A stretch of DNA of 64,000 bases from NCBI GenBank assembly GCA_965218425.1, contig OZ244621.1, forward strand, positions 224,001 through 288,000, read 5' to 3'. A program made the position numbers and the translations under genes. Below, piece after piece: positions 19,020-28,791 of the stretch. The notes beneath the pieces are model-generated. The model did not search any database, was not told the origin of the DNA, and was given only the letters and a program-made list of their open reading frames with translations. Origin of the DNA: an uncultured Candidatus Binatia bacterium. Lineage in GTDB: Bacteria > Desulfobacterota > Binatia > UBA9968 > CAXXLF01. How positions within the stretch are numbered: the stretch's first letter is position 1; the number at the start of each line of letters is the position of its first letter.

Positions 19020-19685
19020 CCCTACGATCTGGAGAAATTGCACTGGATCGGCGTGGTCGCTCCCACGGAAAACACCCTTCTCGCTTATAAACCAAGGTTC
19101 AAATCGCTGCAGGATCTGAAGCGAGCCGATAAACCCCTTCAATGGGGCCTGACCCGCCTGGGCGGCAACAATTATTTTATCGGTCTCACACTACGCGAGG
19201 TGTTGGGCCTCAACGTGAGGTTCGTTCCCGGCTACCGAGGCAGCGCCTCGGTGCGGCAGGCCCTGATGAGCGGAGAGGTGGACGTGGCCGCCTATGGGGC
19301 GAACCTCTACGCCGCAGCCATCAAAGCGGGGTTGGTCGTGCCGTTGCTGCACATCGGACAAAGGCGGGCTCCTGCGGCGCCTGATACGCCCACGCTCTAT
19401 GAAACCGTCAAGAATATTCCTCAGCCGTTGGACAGCTGGATCAGAATCGGGGAAGTAGGCTACTTTATGGCAACCAATCCAGGGGTGCCGAAGGAAAGAG
19501 TCGAGTTCCTCAGGTGGGCGTTAAGGCAAGTCACACGGGATCGCGAGTTCACGAATCAGGCCAAGAAAAGAGGATATGTAATCGGTTACCTTTCGTCGGA
19601 TGAGGCGCTTCCCATCGTGCGAAAACTCCTGCACCCGTCCCAGAAAGACCGGGAAAAACTTGACCGGATGCTGAAAGGCAAGTAG
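19020..19685 (+). pseudogene. Bug/TctC protein, 5'-truncated
   Basis: Begins mid-protein (YDLEKLHWIG...FVPGYRGSASVRQALMSGEVD...PGVPKERV). No signal peptide or RBS. Confidence 0.8.
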
Positions 19686-19786
19686 GAACCGCCGCCAATA
19701 TACACTCTTGCCAATTCAGATCTCATAGGCTGCTAGGGGGGGTATGTTGAGGGGTCGAGCCCCCTTTGATTCTTACCTCCGATGAG

Positions 19787-20250
19787 TTACCGAAATAAAA
19801 TTCCGGGATCGACTTCTTCCCTGACCTTTTTTGGGTCACGGCGATTTTTACCGAGCCTGTAAAAGTTTAGAGTGGTTCCTTTTACCCATTTAGCCAAGAC
19901 AACGTCCCTAGCGTCGTAACGCTTTGCGACTGCACGAAGCCTTCGAATGTCATTGTTCTTGGGAAGGCGAGCACCGCCTCCTTTGACCTGAATCAAGATA
20001 ATTTCGAAGAGGTCGCCACGTTTAAACCTCGATTTGTGAGCACCATGGTCCTTGCGGATCGCCATGAGGTCAACAATTCCTGCCGATTCCCGACCTTTAG
20101 GACCCGGAAAGCCTACCAACTGCCAGCGCCTTGTTGGTTCTACCCTTGCTGATCCCAGATGCTTGCCACTGGTCTCAAACCCAATCCGCCACTCGGTCAT
20201 GGTCGTTGACCATTTTGCGGTGTGTATAACTTTGGCAGTCCACGCACCTC
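19787..20250 (-). CDS. Small PD-(D/E)XK nuclease-like protein, N-terminus possibly frameshifted
   Basis: GIVDLMAI...ILIQVKGG pattern. Start is uncertain. Confidence 0.5.
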
Positions 20251-20509
20251 ATTGTCCGCTCCCACAGGGAACAATCTATTATAATAAAGCCTATATCTCT
20301 CAAAGAGGAATATTAGGAATTAGCCCATTGTAGCTAGGAGAAAACAGCTATCAGCTAGCTAAGAAAAGAGAAAGATTATTAACCGCGGATTGACGCAGAT
20401 TATCGCCGACAATTTGCTCACCGCAGAGGGCGCCAAGTTGGGAGAAGACATACCAACCACGGATTAACGCAGAATCACGCGGATTTACGAGGAGCAAAAA
20501 AGCTATGGA

Positions 20510-21610
20510 TTACGAGAAGGTAAAGATCCCTCGACCCATGATTCGCCCCTCGGCTAGATTCGCGACGGCTTCGTTCACCTGGTCGAGGGAATAGCGCTTT
20601 GTGACCAGGTCGTTTAACCTCAGTTTGCCCTCCCTGTACCACCGAACAAAGATTGGAAAATCGCGGTCGGGCCGGCAGTCCCCCGCGTGGGTCCGTGTGA
20701 AAGTGCGCCCACCCGCGAAAAGCGAAGTGTTCAGGTGAGCCTTTGTATTCGGTGGAGGAAGCCCTACCAGCAGAGCGGTTCCTCCCCTGCTGAGGCCCAG
20801 GGCTCCGGCACGAACAACCTTTAGGATCTGTTCCTGGGTGATGGGCAGACCAACGGCGTCAATGGCATAATCAACCCCTCCATCGGTGAGCGAAACAATT
20901 CTCTCCACGGCATCCACGCTGCTTGCGTTGAACCCATGGGTGGCTCCGAAGCGACGGGCGAAGCTTAGCTTCTCTTCCGTCATATCAATAGCGATGATGG
21001 GATACGCGGCGACAGCTGCGGCGGCGGCAATGGCGCAGAGCCCGATGCCGCCAGCGCCGAAGACGGCGATGGATTCGCCCGCGCGCACCTGGAGCGAGTT
21101 GACGATGGCCCCAACTCCCGTTGGAACGGCACATCCTATGATCGACGCGACGTCGGTAGGTACGTTGCTATCCAGAGGCAGCACAACCCGCTCGGATGCT
21201 ATGACATGCTCCGCCCAGGTTGCGGCCGAGGCCACCACGCTCTTGTCACGCCAGGTGGCCAGGATGGGCGGCCGCTGGTTCAGCGCATGGGAGACGGGGG
21301 GCAGTTTCCCCTCGGCGTTGTTTCTATCAATCCACGTTGTGATGACGTGATCGCCCTCTTTGACATGGTTAACATTACGGCCTTTTGCCACAACCACGCC
21401 GGTGGATTCATGGCCGAGTAAAGTGGGCAATCGCCCTGGGGCCCATGCATCCACGGGGCGGTAGATCTGGTGGAGTTGGGAGTGGCAGATCCCGCTAGCA
21501 AACAGTTTTACCAGCACTTGATCCGGCCCCGGATCCGGAAACGTGACCTCGTCCACAACCAGGGGTTTGTTAGGCTCAACCAACACGGCAGCCCGTGACG
21601 TAACCGGCAT
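20510..21610 (-). CDS. Zn-dependent alcohol dehydrogenase family protein
   Basis: GICHSQ, GHE, GCAVPTG and GAGGIG motifs. The structural-Zn cysteine cluster is absent. Confidence 0.92.
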   Translation of the reverse strand: MPVTSRAAVLVEPNKPLVVDEVTFPDPGPDQVLVKLFASGICHSQLHQIYRPVDAWAPGRLPTLLGHESTGVVVAKGRNVNHVKEGDHVITTWIDRNNAEGKLPPVSHALNQRPPILATWRDKSVVASAATWAEHVIASERVVLPLDSNVPTDVASIIGCAVPTGVGAIVNSLQVRAGESIAVFGAGGIGLCAIAAAAAVAAYPIIAIDMTEEKLSFARRFGATHGFNASSVDAVERIVSLTDGGVDYAIDAVGLPITQEQILKVVRAGALGLSRGGTALLVGLPPPNTKAHLNTSLFAGGRTFTRTHAGDCRPDRDFPIFVRWYREGKLRLNDLVTKRYSLDQVNEAVANLAEGRIMGRGIFTFS

Positions 21611-21695
21611 GATGTTTCCCCTTTGATGACTGGGTGAAATGAAAGGAGGTAAATTAAACGACCGCAAAGCATCGTGTCAATAGTTAAAAAACTTA

Positions 21696-22150
21696 GGATG
21701 ATGTACCAGTCTATGTGTAAATTTCGATGGGGGGATAAGGAGTGGAAAAGAACAGGGAATGGCTTTCACATTTGGCCGAGAATCGAGAAAGATCTCGAAG
21801 TGGTTAAGGGATGGGCCTAGGGTATTTTGGGATTGGGAAAAGACAGCAGGGGCGCTACCTCCACAGTTGTACGACAAATACAAACATGGGCAGCGCTCCC
21901 CGATGCCGATCGAGCAAGCAACCCCAAAGAGTGTATCGCGAGCGATGCAAGAGATCAATGGCTTTGAGCGGCAGGGCGACTCTAAACCCATGGCCCGCCA
22001 AGCTCTAAAACACCCGGTCAAAAGCAGCTGGACGAAGAGATGAAGGAGTACTTGGCTCTATCACGCTATGAACATGCGGCGCATCGAGCGGATTATCGTA
22101 TTGGAGTCTAAACACCCCGAAGAAATTTACACATCAGTCTGGACGCTACC
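21696..22150 (+). mobile_element. Internally deleted IS256-family element (455 bp, MITE-like)
   Basis: Imperfect terminal IRs (GGATGATGTACCAGTCTATGTGTAAATTT / AAATTTACACATCAGTCTGGACGCTACC), 8-bp target duplication AAAACTTA (21688-21695 and 22151-22158), and transposase remnant DEEMKEYLALSRYEHAAHRADYR. Confidence 0.85.
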
Positions 22151-22504
22151 AAAACTTAACTGCAGATTTGCACAGATTATCGCGGACCAGCAAACAGCAA
22201 AGCGCAGAGCGTTGCCAGTGCGGAGTAACGAGGACTGAGTCTCCAGAAGAGCGTTAAGTGTTGAGAGAAGAAAGATAATTCACCGCAGAGGCGCTATGGA
22301 GGAAAGACAGTGAACAGTGGGCGGTCGGCAGCAAATATTACACAGCAAATACGTTTCCTTGACTCGGTTACATGGAGTGATATAGGAGCGTTACGAGCAA
22401 GTAAAAAACAGGGTAACCTCTCACGGCCTTGCTAAGCCGTTGATTCGGTGGTGGATGTTTTAAATTCCTAAAGGGGAAAAAGAACTTTCTAAAAAGGTGT
22501 ATTT

Positions 22505-23755
22505 ATGGGGGGAGAAGAAAACGAACTATTGACTCAAACGGGACAAGGAACGCTGTGCGGAGAACTGATGCGACGGTATTGGCAGCCGGCAGCGCTGTCA
22601 GACGAGGTTGTTCCAGGGGGGACGCCGTTGCCGGTGAAATTGTTCGGGGAGGACCTAGTGCTATTTCGGGACGACGAGGGCCGGCCAGGACTATTGGGGC
22701 TCCATTGCTCCCACAGGGGCGCAGATCTGAGTTACGGTCGTGTGGAAGACGGAGGGTTACGGTGCATCTATCACGGTTGGCTGTACGATATTCACGGCGG
22801 CTGTTTGGATCAGCCAGGGGAACCCGGGGGAGGCGAGCATAGAGGATCCATACGTCACCCGGCCTATCCCTGTGTGGAGGCGGCAGGAGTTGTTTTTGCC
22901 TACCTGGGCCCGGGGGATCCGCCCTTGTTTCCCAACTATGAATTTCTGAACGCGTCAGAGAAGTACACAACTATCGGTAAATACTTCCATAACTGCAACT
23001 ACCTTCAGGCCAACGAAGGAAACATCGATCTGTCCCACCTCACCTTTCTGCACTACCTCAATAGAGATCCTGGAGCGGCGGACAAAAGCTTGGACCCTAG
23101 GGGAGCGGCGCCAACCATTGAGGAAGCAGAAGCAGAATTAACCGGCTTTGGAGTGCGCAGCTGCAAAATTCGGCGTGACCCAGAATCAAACGAATATCGC
23201 CTCTATATTACGGACTTTGTTGTTCCTAACTTCACCGCCCATTGGGGCAATATCGGTAACGGGAAGAAGGGCTACTCGGTCAATTGGCATGTGTCCATCG
23301 ACGATACTCATCATTGGAAGTATATGTTCAGTTTTAGGAGAGACCAACGACTGGACCCGGAACAGGATCGTAGGTGGCGCCGCGATGTGGACAGTAATTT
23401 CAAGTTCCTCCGCAACGGAACCAATCGCTATCTCCAAGACAGAGAGACTATGCAAAAGGAGGTATACACCGGCTTAGGGCATTCATTCCCGCTCCATGAT
23501 TGTTGGGCCACAGAAAGTCAAGGTTCCATTCAGGACAGAGCTAATGAGCATCTGGTCTCTATGGACAAACCCATATTAGCAGCGAGGAAGATACTCCGAA
23601 ACGCGATCATGGCTGTAAAGGAAGGAAAGGATCCACCCAATGTGGTTCGGGACCCCAAGTTAAATCGGTTTCATATCATTGCCACTGACGACGTCGTTCC
23701 ATGCTCGAAAGACTGGAAAGAATTCTGCAAAGAATTAGAGGCCTTGGTTCCATAA
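22505..23755 (+). CDS. Rieske non-heme iron oxygenase alpha subunit (phthalate 4,5-dioxygenase-like)
   Basis: GELMRRYWQPA, CSHRG...CIYHGW and EGNIDLSHLTFLH. Confidence 0.92.
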   Translation: MGGEENELLTQTGQGTLCGELMRRYWQPAALSDEVVPGGTPLPVKLFGEDLVLFRDDEGRPGLLGLHCSHRGADLSYGRVEDGGLRCIYHGWLYDIHGGCLDQPGEPGGGEHRGSIRHPAYPCVEAAGVVFAYLGPGDPPLFPNYEFLNASEKYTTIGKYFHNCNYLQANEGNIDLSHLTFLHYLNRDPGAADKSLDPRGAAPTIEEAEAELTGFGVRSCKIRRDPESNEYRLYITDFVVPNFTAHWGNIGNGKKGYSVNWHVSIDDTHHWKYMFSFRRDQRLDPEQDRRWRRDVDSNFKFLRNGTNRYLQDRETMQKEVYTGLGHSFPLHDCWATESQGSIQDRANEHLVSMDKPILAARKILRNAIMAVKEGKDPPNVVRDPKLNRFHIIATDDVVPCSKDWKEFCKELEALVP

Positions 23756-23759
23756 CATA

Positions 23760-24333
23760 GCCAAGTCGGCACAACCAAGGGAGAGACCATAAAACCTGGA
23801 ATGGGGTTTGCCGACAAAAATCCTCCCTCCACATTCCTCATGTCGGACGCCACCGTTTCAAGCGTACTTTTCGTTAACCGCTCGATGGTAAAAAAGACTG
23901 ATTTTAATTCTTTGAAAGATTTGTTGGATTCCCGTTGGAAGGGAAAGATCGTCATGGATGATCCCCGCCGTGAAGGTTCAGGAGTCAACGCCCTTTCGAT
24001 TTTGGCGGCCAACTACGGTAAGGACTTTGTGCGCCAGCTCCTCACCCAGCAGGAGGTGGTATTTTCCAGGAATCGCCGCCAGATCGCCGAATGGCTGCTT
24101 CGGGGGAGATATCCGCTCGCCATGGCAGTCAGCTCGCAGGAGGTAGCTGATTTTAGAAAACGTGGGATAGGAAAACATGTGGAACGCTTCAAGGCTAAGT
24201 TCCCCGTGGCGGATACTTATTCCCCTGGTTTTGGCGGAGTAGCCCTTTTTAGCAAGGCCCCTCATTCGAACGCTGCAAAGGTATATCTCAATTGGCTTCT
24301 TTCCAAGAAAGGGCAGCAAGCTTGGGCGCAGGT
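23760..24333 (+). pseudogene. Solute-binding protein, internal fragment
   Basis: DLLDSRWKGKIVMDDPR...APHSNAAKVYLNWLLSKKGQQAW. Lacks both termini. Confidence 0.8.
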
Positions 24334-24820
24334 TACCCTGGTCGGTTCCGGGTATTCTCATGGGGATGGGATTCCCGTGGTTTACGCTAGGTACCCCAGT
24401 TCTTCGGCCCCTTTATGGAACCATGAGCATCCTGGTGGTGTCATCCCTGTTCGGCATGATGGCCGTTGGAACCCAAATCATCAAAAGCAATCTGCTTCAA
24501 CTTGGGCAGGAGCTTGAGGAGGCCTCACGAACGGCGGGCGGGACATGGGTGCAGACCTTCCGGCGTGTGTTGATGCCTATACTCTCACCAGTACTGCTAG
24601 TGGTAGCTATTCTTACCTTTGTGTCTGCCGCACGCGATATCAGTAATATGGTTCCGCTAGCGACCCCAGCGACGAGACCCTTTCTCTCCTCATGCTCGAT
24701 TTTTTGGCCGAGTATCGCTACGAAGGGGCAGCCGCGGTCTCTTGTGTTGTTGCCATTATGACCATCGGCTTGGCTTTGATGGCTCGATCCATCGGACTTC
24801 GACGGGGCATCAGGGTCTGA
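24334..24820 (+). pseudogene. Fe3+-type ABC permease C-terminal fragment, frameshifted
   Basis: LYGT...LLQLGQELEEASRTAGG EAA motif, joined directly to the SBP fragment. Frameshift at about 24685. Confidence 0.8.
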
Positions 24821-24985
24821 ACTCTGACCGTGCCGTCAGGTGCTTGGATGGGACATTTTGAGTTCTTGACAGGCGGTCAAGATATCGGATAAGTCTCGCT
24901 GCTATCTTGTCCGCGGTCGAACAAACGGGGAGAAAAACCTGACACGGAGGAAGCTCAACAAACCTTCCTTTAATGGAGTGTTCTG

Positions 24986-25927
24986 ATGGCTGATTTGAGA
25001 CTTTCCATCTCATGTGGTTCCTATGACCGTACACTCCCGCTGCTGGACGGCCGGGTAAAGCCCGAGGGTATCCAGCTGGAATTCGTACCGACTCTGAGGC
25101 CTGGTAGTCCCATGGGCTCACCTGATGCGGATATGTACGAAGCTTCCATTACCGCAGAGCTAATGAAGGATGTGCAGGAAAGCCACATAGCTCTTCCGAT
25201 TTTTCCACGTAGGAAATTCACCCACCAACTGCTACTGACCAGGACCGATTCAGGCATCTCTTCCTTGGAAGAATTTGTCGGGAAAAAAATAGGGATCCTT
25301 AGGGGGTATGCACACCCCTTGGGTGTCTGGCTCAGAGGTTACTTAAAAGATAAGCATGGTATTCCCGCAGAGCAGATCCATTGGTTTACGGAGAGCCAAG
25401 GCTCATATTCCGAAGTTAGCATGAAGGAAGTTCAAATGACTTTGATTCCGAAGGGTAAAAGCCTGGTACAGATGTTGGTTGCCGGGGAGCTGGACGTTTT
25501 GGCCGAGGAGAATGCGCACAGGCTGGTGCAGGAACACCCCAATCTCAGAAGAGTCTTTCCAAACTTCAAAGAGGCCGAGACCGATTATTTTAAAGAGGCT
25601 GGCTTTTTTCCCAGCTATCATGTCATGGCCATTAAAAAAAGGGTCGTAGGTGAACATGGTTGGTCGGTGGGGAGCTTACTGAAGGCCTATGAGGATGCAA
25701 AACAAATGGCCCTTGAAGCCCTGGACCGAGACAATTCACTTTTGAGCTCTCCGTGGGTAAGTCATCTTTTACAAGAGCAGGCTAGCTTGTTGAACCGGGA
25801 CATGTATCCCTACGGCCTTGCGGCAAATAAAAATGAGCTGGAAACCCTAACCCGTTATTTATACCAACAGGGTTTAACAACCAGACAGGTTCCAGTGCAG
25901 GAAGTATTCGCGCAGGAGATTTCTTAG
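24986..25927 (+). CDS. 4,5-dihydroxyphthalate decarboxylase-like protein
   Basis: CGSYDRTLPLLDGRVKPEG, PIFPRRKF.H, VWLRG.L and YPYGL..N motifs. Confidence 0.8.
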   Translation: MADLRLSISCGSYDRTLPLLDGRVKPEGIQLEFVPTLRPGSPMGSPDADMYEASITAELMKDVQESHIALPIFPRRKFTHQLLLTRTDSGISSLEEFVGKKIGILRGYAHPLGVWLRGYLKDKHGIPAEQIHWFTESQGSYSEVSMKEVQMTLIPKGKSLVQMLVAGELDVLAEENAHRLVQEHPNLRRVFPNFKEAETDYFKEAGFFPSYHVMAIKKRVVGEHGWSVGSLLKAYEDAKQMALEALDRDNSLLSSPWVSHLLQEQASLLNRDMYPYGLAANKNELETLTRYLYQQGLTTRQVPVQEVFAQEIS

Positions 25928-26346
25928 GTGGTGGTTTAGAGCTTCGGGTTAAGGTGGATTTATGAGCGAGGTATTGAGGTTGGGCTTTGCAGGTCTTGGC
26001 GAGGCCGCCACCATGGTGCTACCGGATGTACTGGAACTTCCCTTTATCAAGGTGACGGCGGCGGCAGACCTACGCAAGGACGCACGAGAGAGATTTCGAC
26101 AGGAATTGAATGGGAAGGTATTTGAAAGCATCGAGGAACTTTCTGGGAGCCCCGATGTGGATGTTGTATACGTTGCAACGCCACATGAAATGCATGCGCA
26201 GCATGCCATTGTTGCCCTGGAGAATAAAAAGCATGTAATCGTTGAGAAGCCCATGGCCCTTACCCTGCAGGATTGTGAAAGGATGAACCATGCGGCGGGG
26301 AAAAATGGGGTCAAGCTGAAGCGACCCGGGTTTCACGGACAGTTAA

Positions 26347-27206
26347 TTAAGCCACACGTTTGATCGAGTCATATGCCATTGGGGTGTGGTATCCCAACGA
26401 CTCATGCTTTCTTCTTCGGTTATAAAACAGTTCAATGTAGTCGAAGATATCCGACCTAGCGTCCTGCCTCGTCTTATAATCCTGATGGTGTACAAGTTCA
26501 TTCTTTAGTGAGCTGAACAAACTCTCGACCACTGCATTGTCGTAGCAATTCCCTTTGCGGCTCATGCTGCGCACCACCCCATGGCGTTTGAGCAACTCAA
26601 CGTAGTGATTGCTAGCGTATTGGATTCCTTGGTCGCTATGGTGAATCAGCCCCGCCATAGGCTGGCGCTGTTCGATAGCCATCAGTAAAGCTTCACTGAC
26701 CAACTCCTGTGTGGGACGTTGCTTCATTGACCATCCCACCACCAGCCGAGAGTAAAGGTCCACCACTACCGCCAGGTATAACCACCCAGATCGGGTACCA
26801 ATGAAGGTAATATCGGCCATCCATACCTGGTCGGGGCCTGACGCTTCGAAGCGTTGACGCAACAAGTTCGGTGCCGGTGGCGCACTGTGACGAGCCTTGT
26901 AGGCCAATCGAAACCTTTGCACCCGACGCGTCTCTATCCCCACTAAACTCCTCAGCCTCGCCACCCCATGCTTCCCACATGTCACCCCCGCCTCCTTCAG
27001 CGTCAGCCATGTCTTGACTGCCCCGTACGCTTCCTTGTAGCTCTCGTGCACCTTGCGGATCTCTTTGATCACAACCTTATCCTGTGCTCTACGCCGAGAC
27101 TCCCCTCGACCGCTCCAGTCGTAGTACCCACTACGACTGACCTCTAATACCTCGCACATCCTCACTACCCTAAACTCTGTCCTGTGAGCTCGTATAAACG
27201 CGTACT
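26347..27206 (-). CDS. IS3 transposase OrfB (DDE), reached by -1 frameshift
   Basis: WMADITF, HHSDQG, DNAVVES and FYNRRR.H..LGY motifs. Confidence 0.93.
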
Positions 27207-27497
27207 TTACTTGAGCTCCTTGGCAAAGTACGCTGCGGCCTTTTTTAATATATCTCGTTGTTCCGTTACCCGCTCCAGCTCTCGCCTTAACCGTGCTACC
27301 TCATCGTTGTCTCTACCTCGACCTGTGCCGGGAAACGCAGCCGCCCCTTTCCTCGTCACTTGCTCCTGCCACTTGTACAGTCGATTGCGAGGTACTCCCA
27401 GTTCCCGTGCAATCTCCGCTGCTGGCCGAGCGCCCGCCTCCAGCAGTCGAACAGCTTCCAACTTAAACTCTTGGGTGAAACGCCTTCGCTTGCCCAT
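27207..27497 (-). CDS. IS3 transposase OrfA
   Basis: RRRFTQEFKLEAV HTH and ILKKAAAYF. Confidence 0.93.
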   Translation of the reverse strand: MGKRRRFTQEFKLEAVRLLEAGARPAAEIARELGVPRNRLYKWQEQVTRKGAAAFPGTGRGRDNDEVARLRRELERVTEQRDILKKAAAYFAKELK

Positions 27498-27761
27498 CGA
27501 ACACCTCCTGCGGGGATCTTGTCCCCTTTTTAGGTGTCCGTCAAACCTGGGCTACCTCAAGCTTCTGTGCGGGCACACCCATAGTTTTGACCCCCCATTA
27601 AAAAAATGAGAGAGATTATCAAGAGCGAGGCCCTTGGCAGGGTACTGATGATCAACACCTGGAATTACAATGACTTCATGGTTCGACCCTATCCCGATCA
27701 GGAACTGGAGATGAGTCGAGGGGTGGCGTTGAATCAGGGGCCGCACCAAGTGGACATTGTA

Positions 27762-28764
27762 AGGAGAAGCGGGTCAATGTCTATATATGGGGCACCACTG
27801 CGCTCCTGGACGAGGGCGTATTCCAGAAGGCCTTCCCTGGAATCAAGGTTGTTGGGGTGACGGGGAGAGGCGGGCGAATTTTACAGTGAGTTTTGGCTGA
27901 GCGGAGAGCCGGGAAATTCATTCCAGATATTATGATTCATGGAGCTAACCCCAACTACACTGTTTTTTATCCCAAGCGGTTCCTAGCACCCCTCATGCCC
28001 GCCCTCATATTACCAGAGGTTTTGGATGAGTCCAAATGGTGGGAGGGACAGCACCGCTGGGTTGACCGCGAAAGACAATATGTTTTTGTGGCTTTGGGTA
28101 GTCCATCCTCAGGAGGATTTCATTACAATACCAAGCTTATCGATCCGAAGGAGTTTAAATCGTTTTGGGACTTCCTGGATCCCAAGTGCAAGGAAAGATC
28201 CTTGCTCAGGAGATTAGAGGGAATCCAGGGCGAGCCCGGGCCCCTCTAACATTCTTGTATCATAACCCAAAGCTGGGGCCTAAATTCCTAAGGCGATTTT
28301 ATGGGGAGATGGACGTTGGGTTATTTAGAAATGAACGTATTGGAACTGACTGGCTAGCAGTGGGCAAATACCCTTTATGCTTCGCCTGTATCACCCGTCG
28401 ACCCAAGCTCCAGGGACTTCCAGTGGACGCATTTGGTCTCTTGAAGGAGGGCGAGGCGCTCTCCCCGGGGGGCGGCACAGTGGCCCTCATGAACAGGTCG
28501 CCACACCCAAACGCAGCAAAGGTCTTTGTCAACTGGTTTCTTTCGCGTGAGGGGCAAATAACATTCCAAAGAGCAGGACAGATACCCGGGGATTCTTCCT
28601 ACAATTCACTTAGAGAAGATATCCCCAAGAAGGTTATCCGACCTGATCGACTGCGGGTGAAGGAGGTTAAATATCAACCGACCGACCGTTGGGATGTGCT
28701 CGATCTACAACCCATCTTCAATATCATTAATGAGGGGTTAAAGCAGGCCGGAAAACGTAAATAG
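27762..28764 (+). pseudogene. Solute-binding protein, 5'-truncated, with a nonsense codon and a frameshift
   Basis: KEKRVNVY...ILQ*VLAERRAGK..., with a frameshift near 28190-28245, ending HPNAAKVFVNWFLSREGQ. Same family as the gene at 14729. Confidence 0.85.
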
Positions 28765-28791
28765 CAAGTTCACTTGAGGCAGGAGACCAGC

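Larger units (their letters stand above)
26317..27559 (-). mobile_element. Complete IS3-family element (1243 bp)
   Basis: TG...CA ends, IRs TGAGGTAGCCCAGGTTTGACGGACA and TGAAGCGACCCGGGTTTCACGGACA, 3-bp target duplication AGC, and an orfA/orfB pair with an AAAAAAG slippery site at about 27240-27246. Confidence 0.96.
25962..27765 (+). pseudogene. Gfo/Idh/MocA oxidoreductase (phthalate cis-dihydrodiol dehydrogenase-like), split by IS3 and 3'-deleted
   Basis: GLG, VATPH and EKP motifs up to 26316. Resumes in frame after the IS (LLCGHTHSFD...NQGPHQVDIVR), then switches to unrelated sequence. Confidence 0.88.

Noticed and set aside
26317..27559. CRISPR-associated transposon link
   Set aside because: This is an ordinary IS3 17 kb from the cas genes. 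There is no tnsABC or tniQ, and cas3 is intact.
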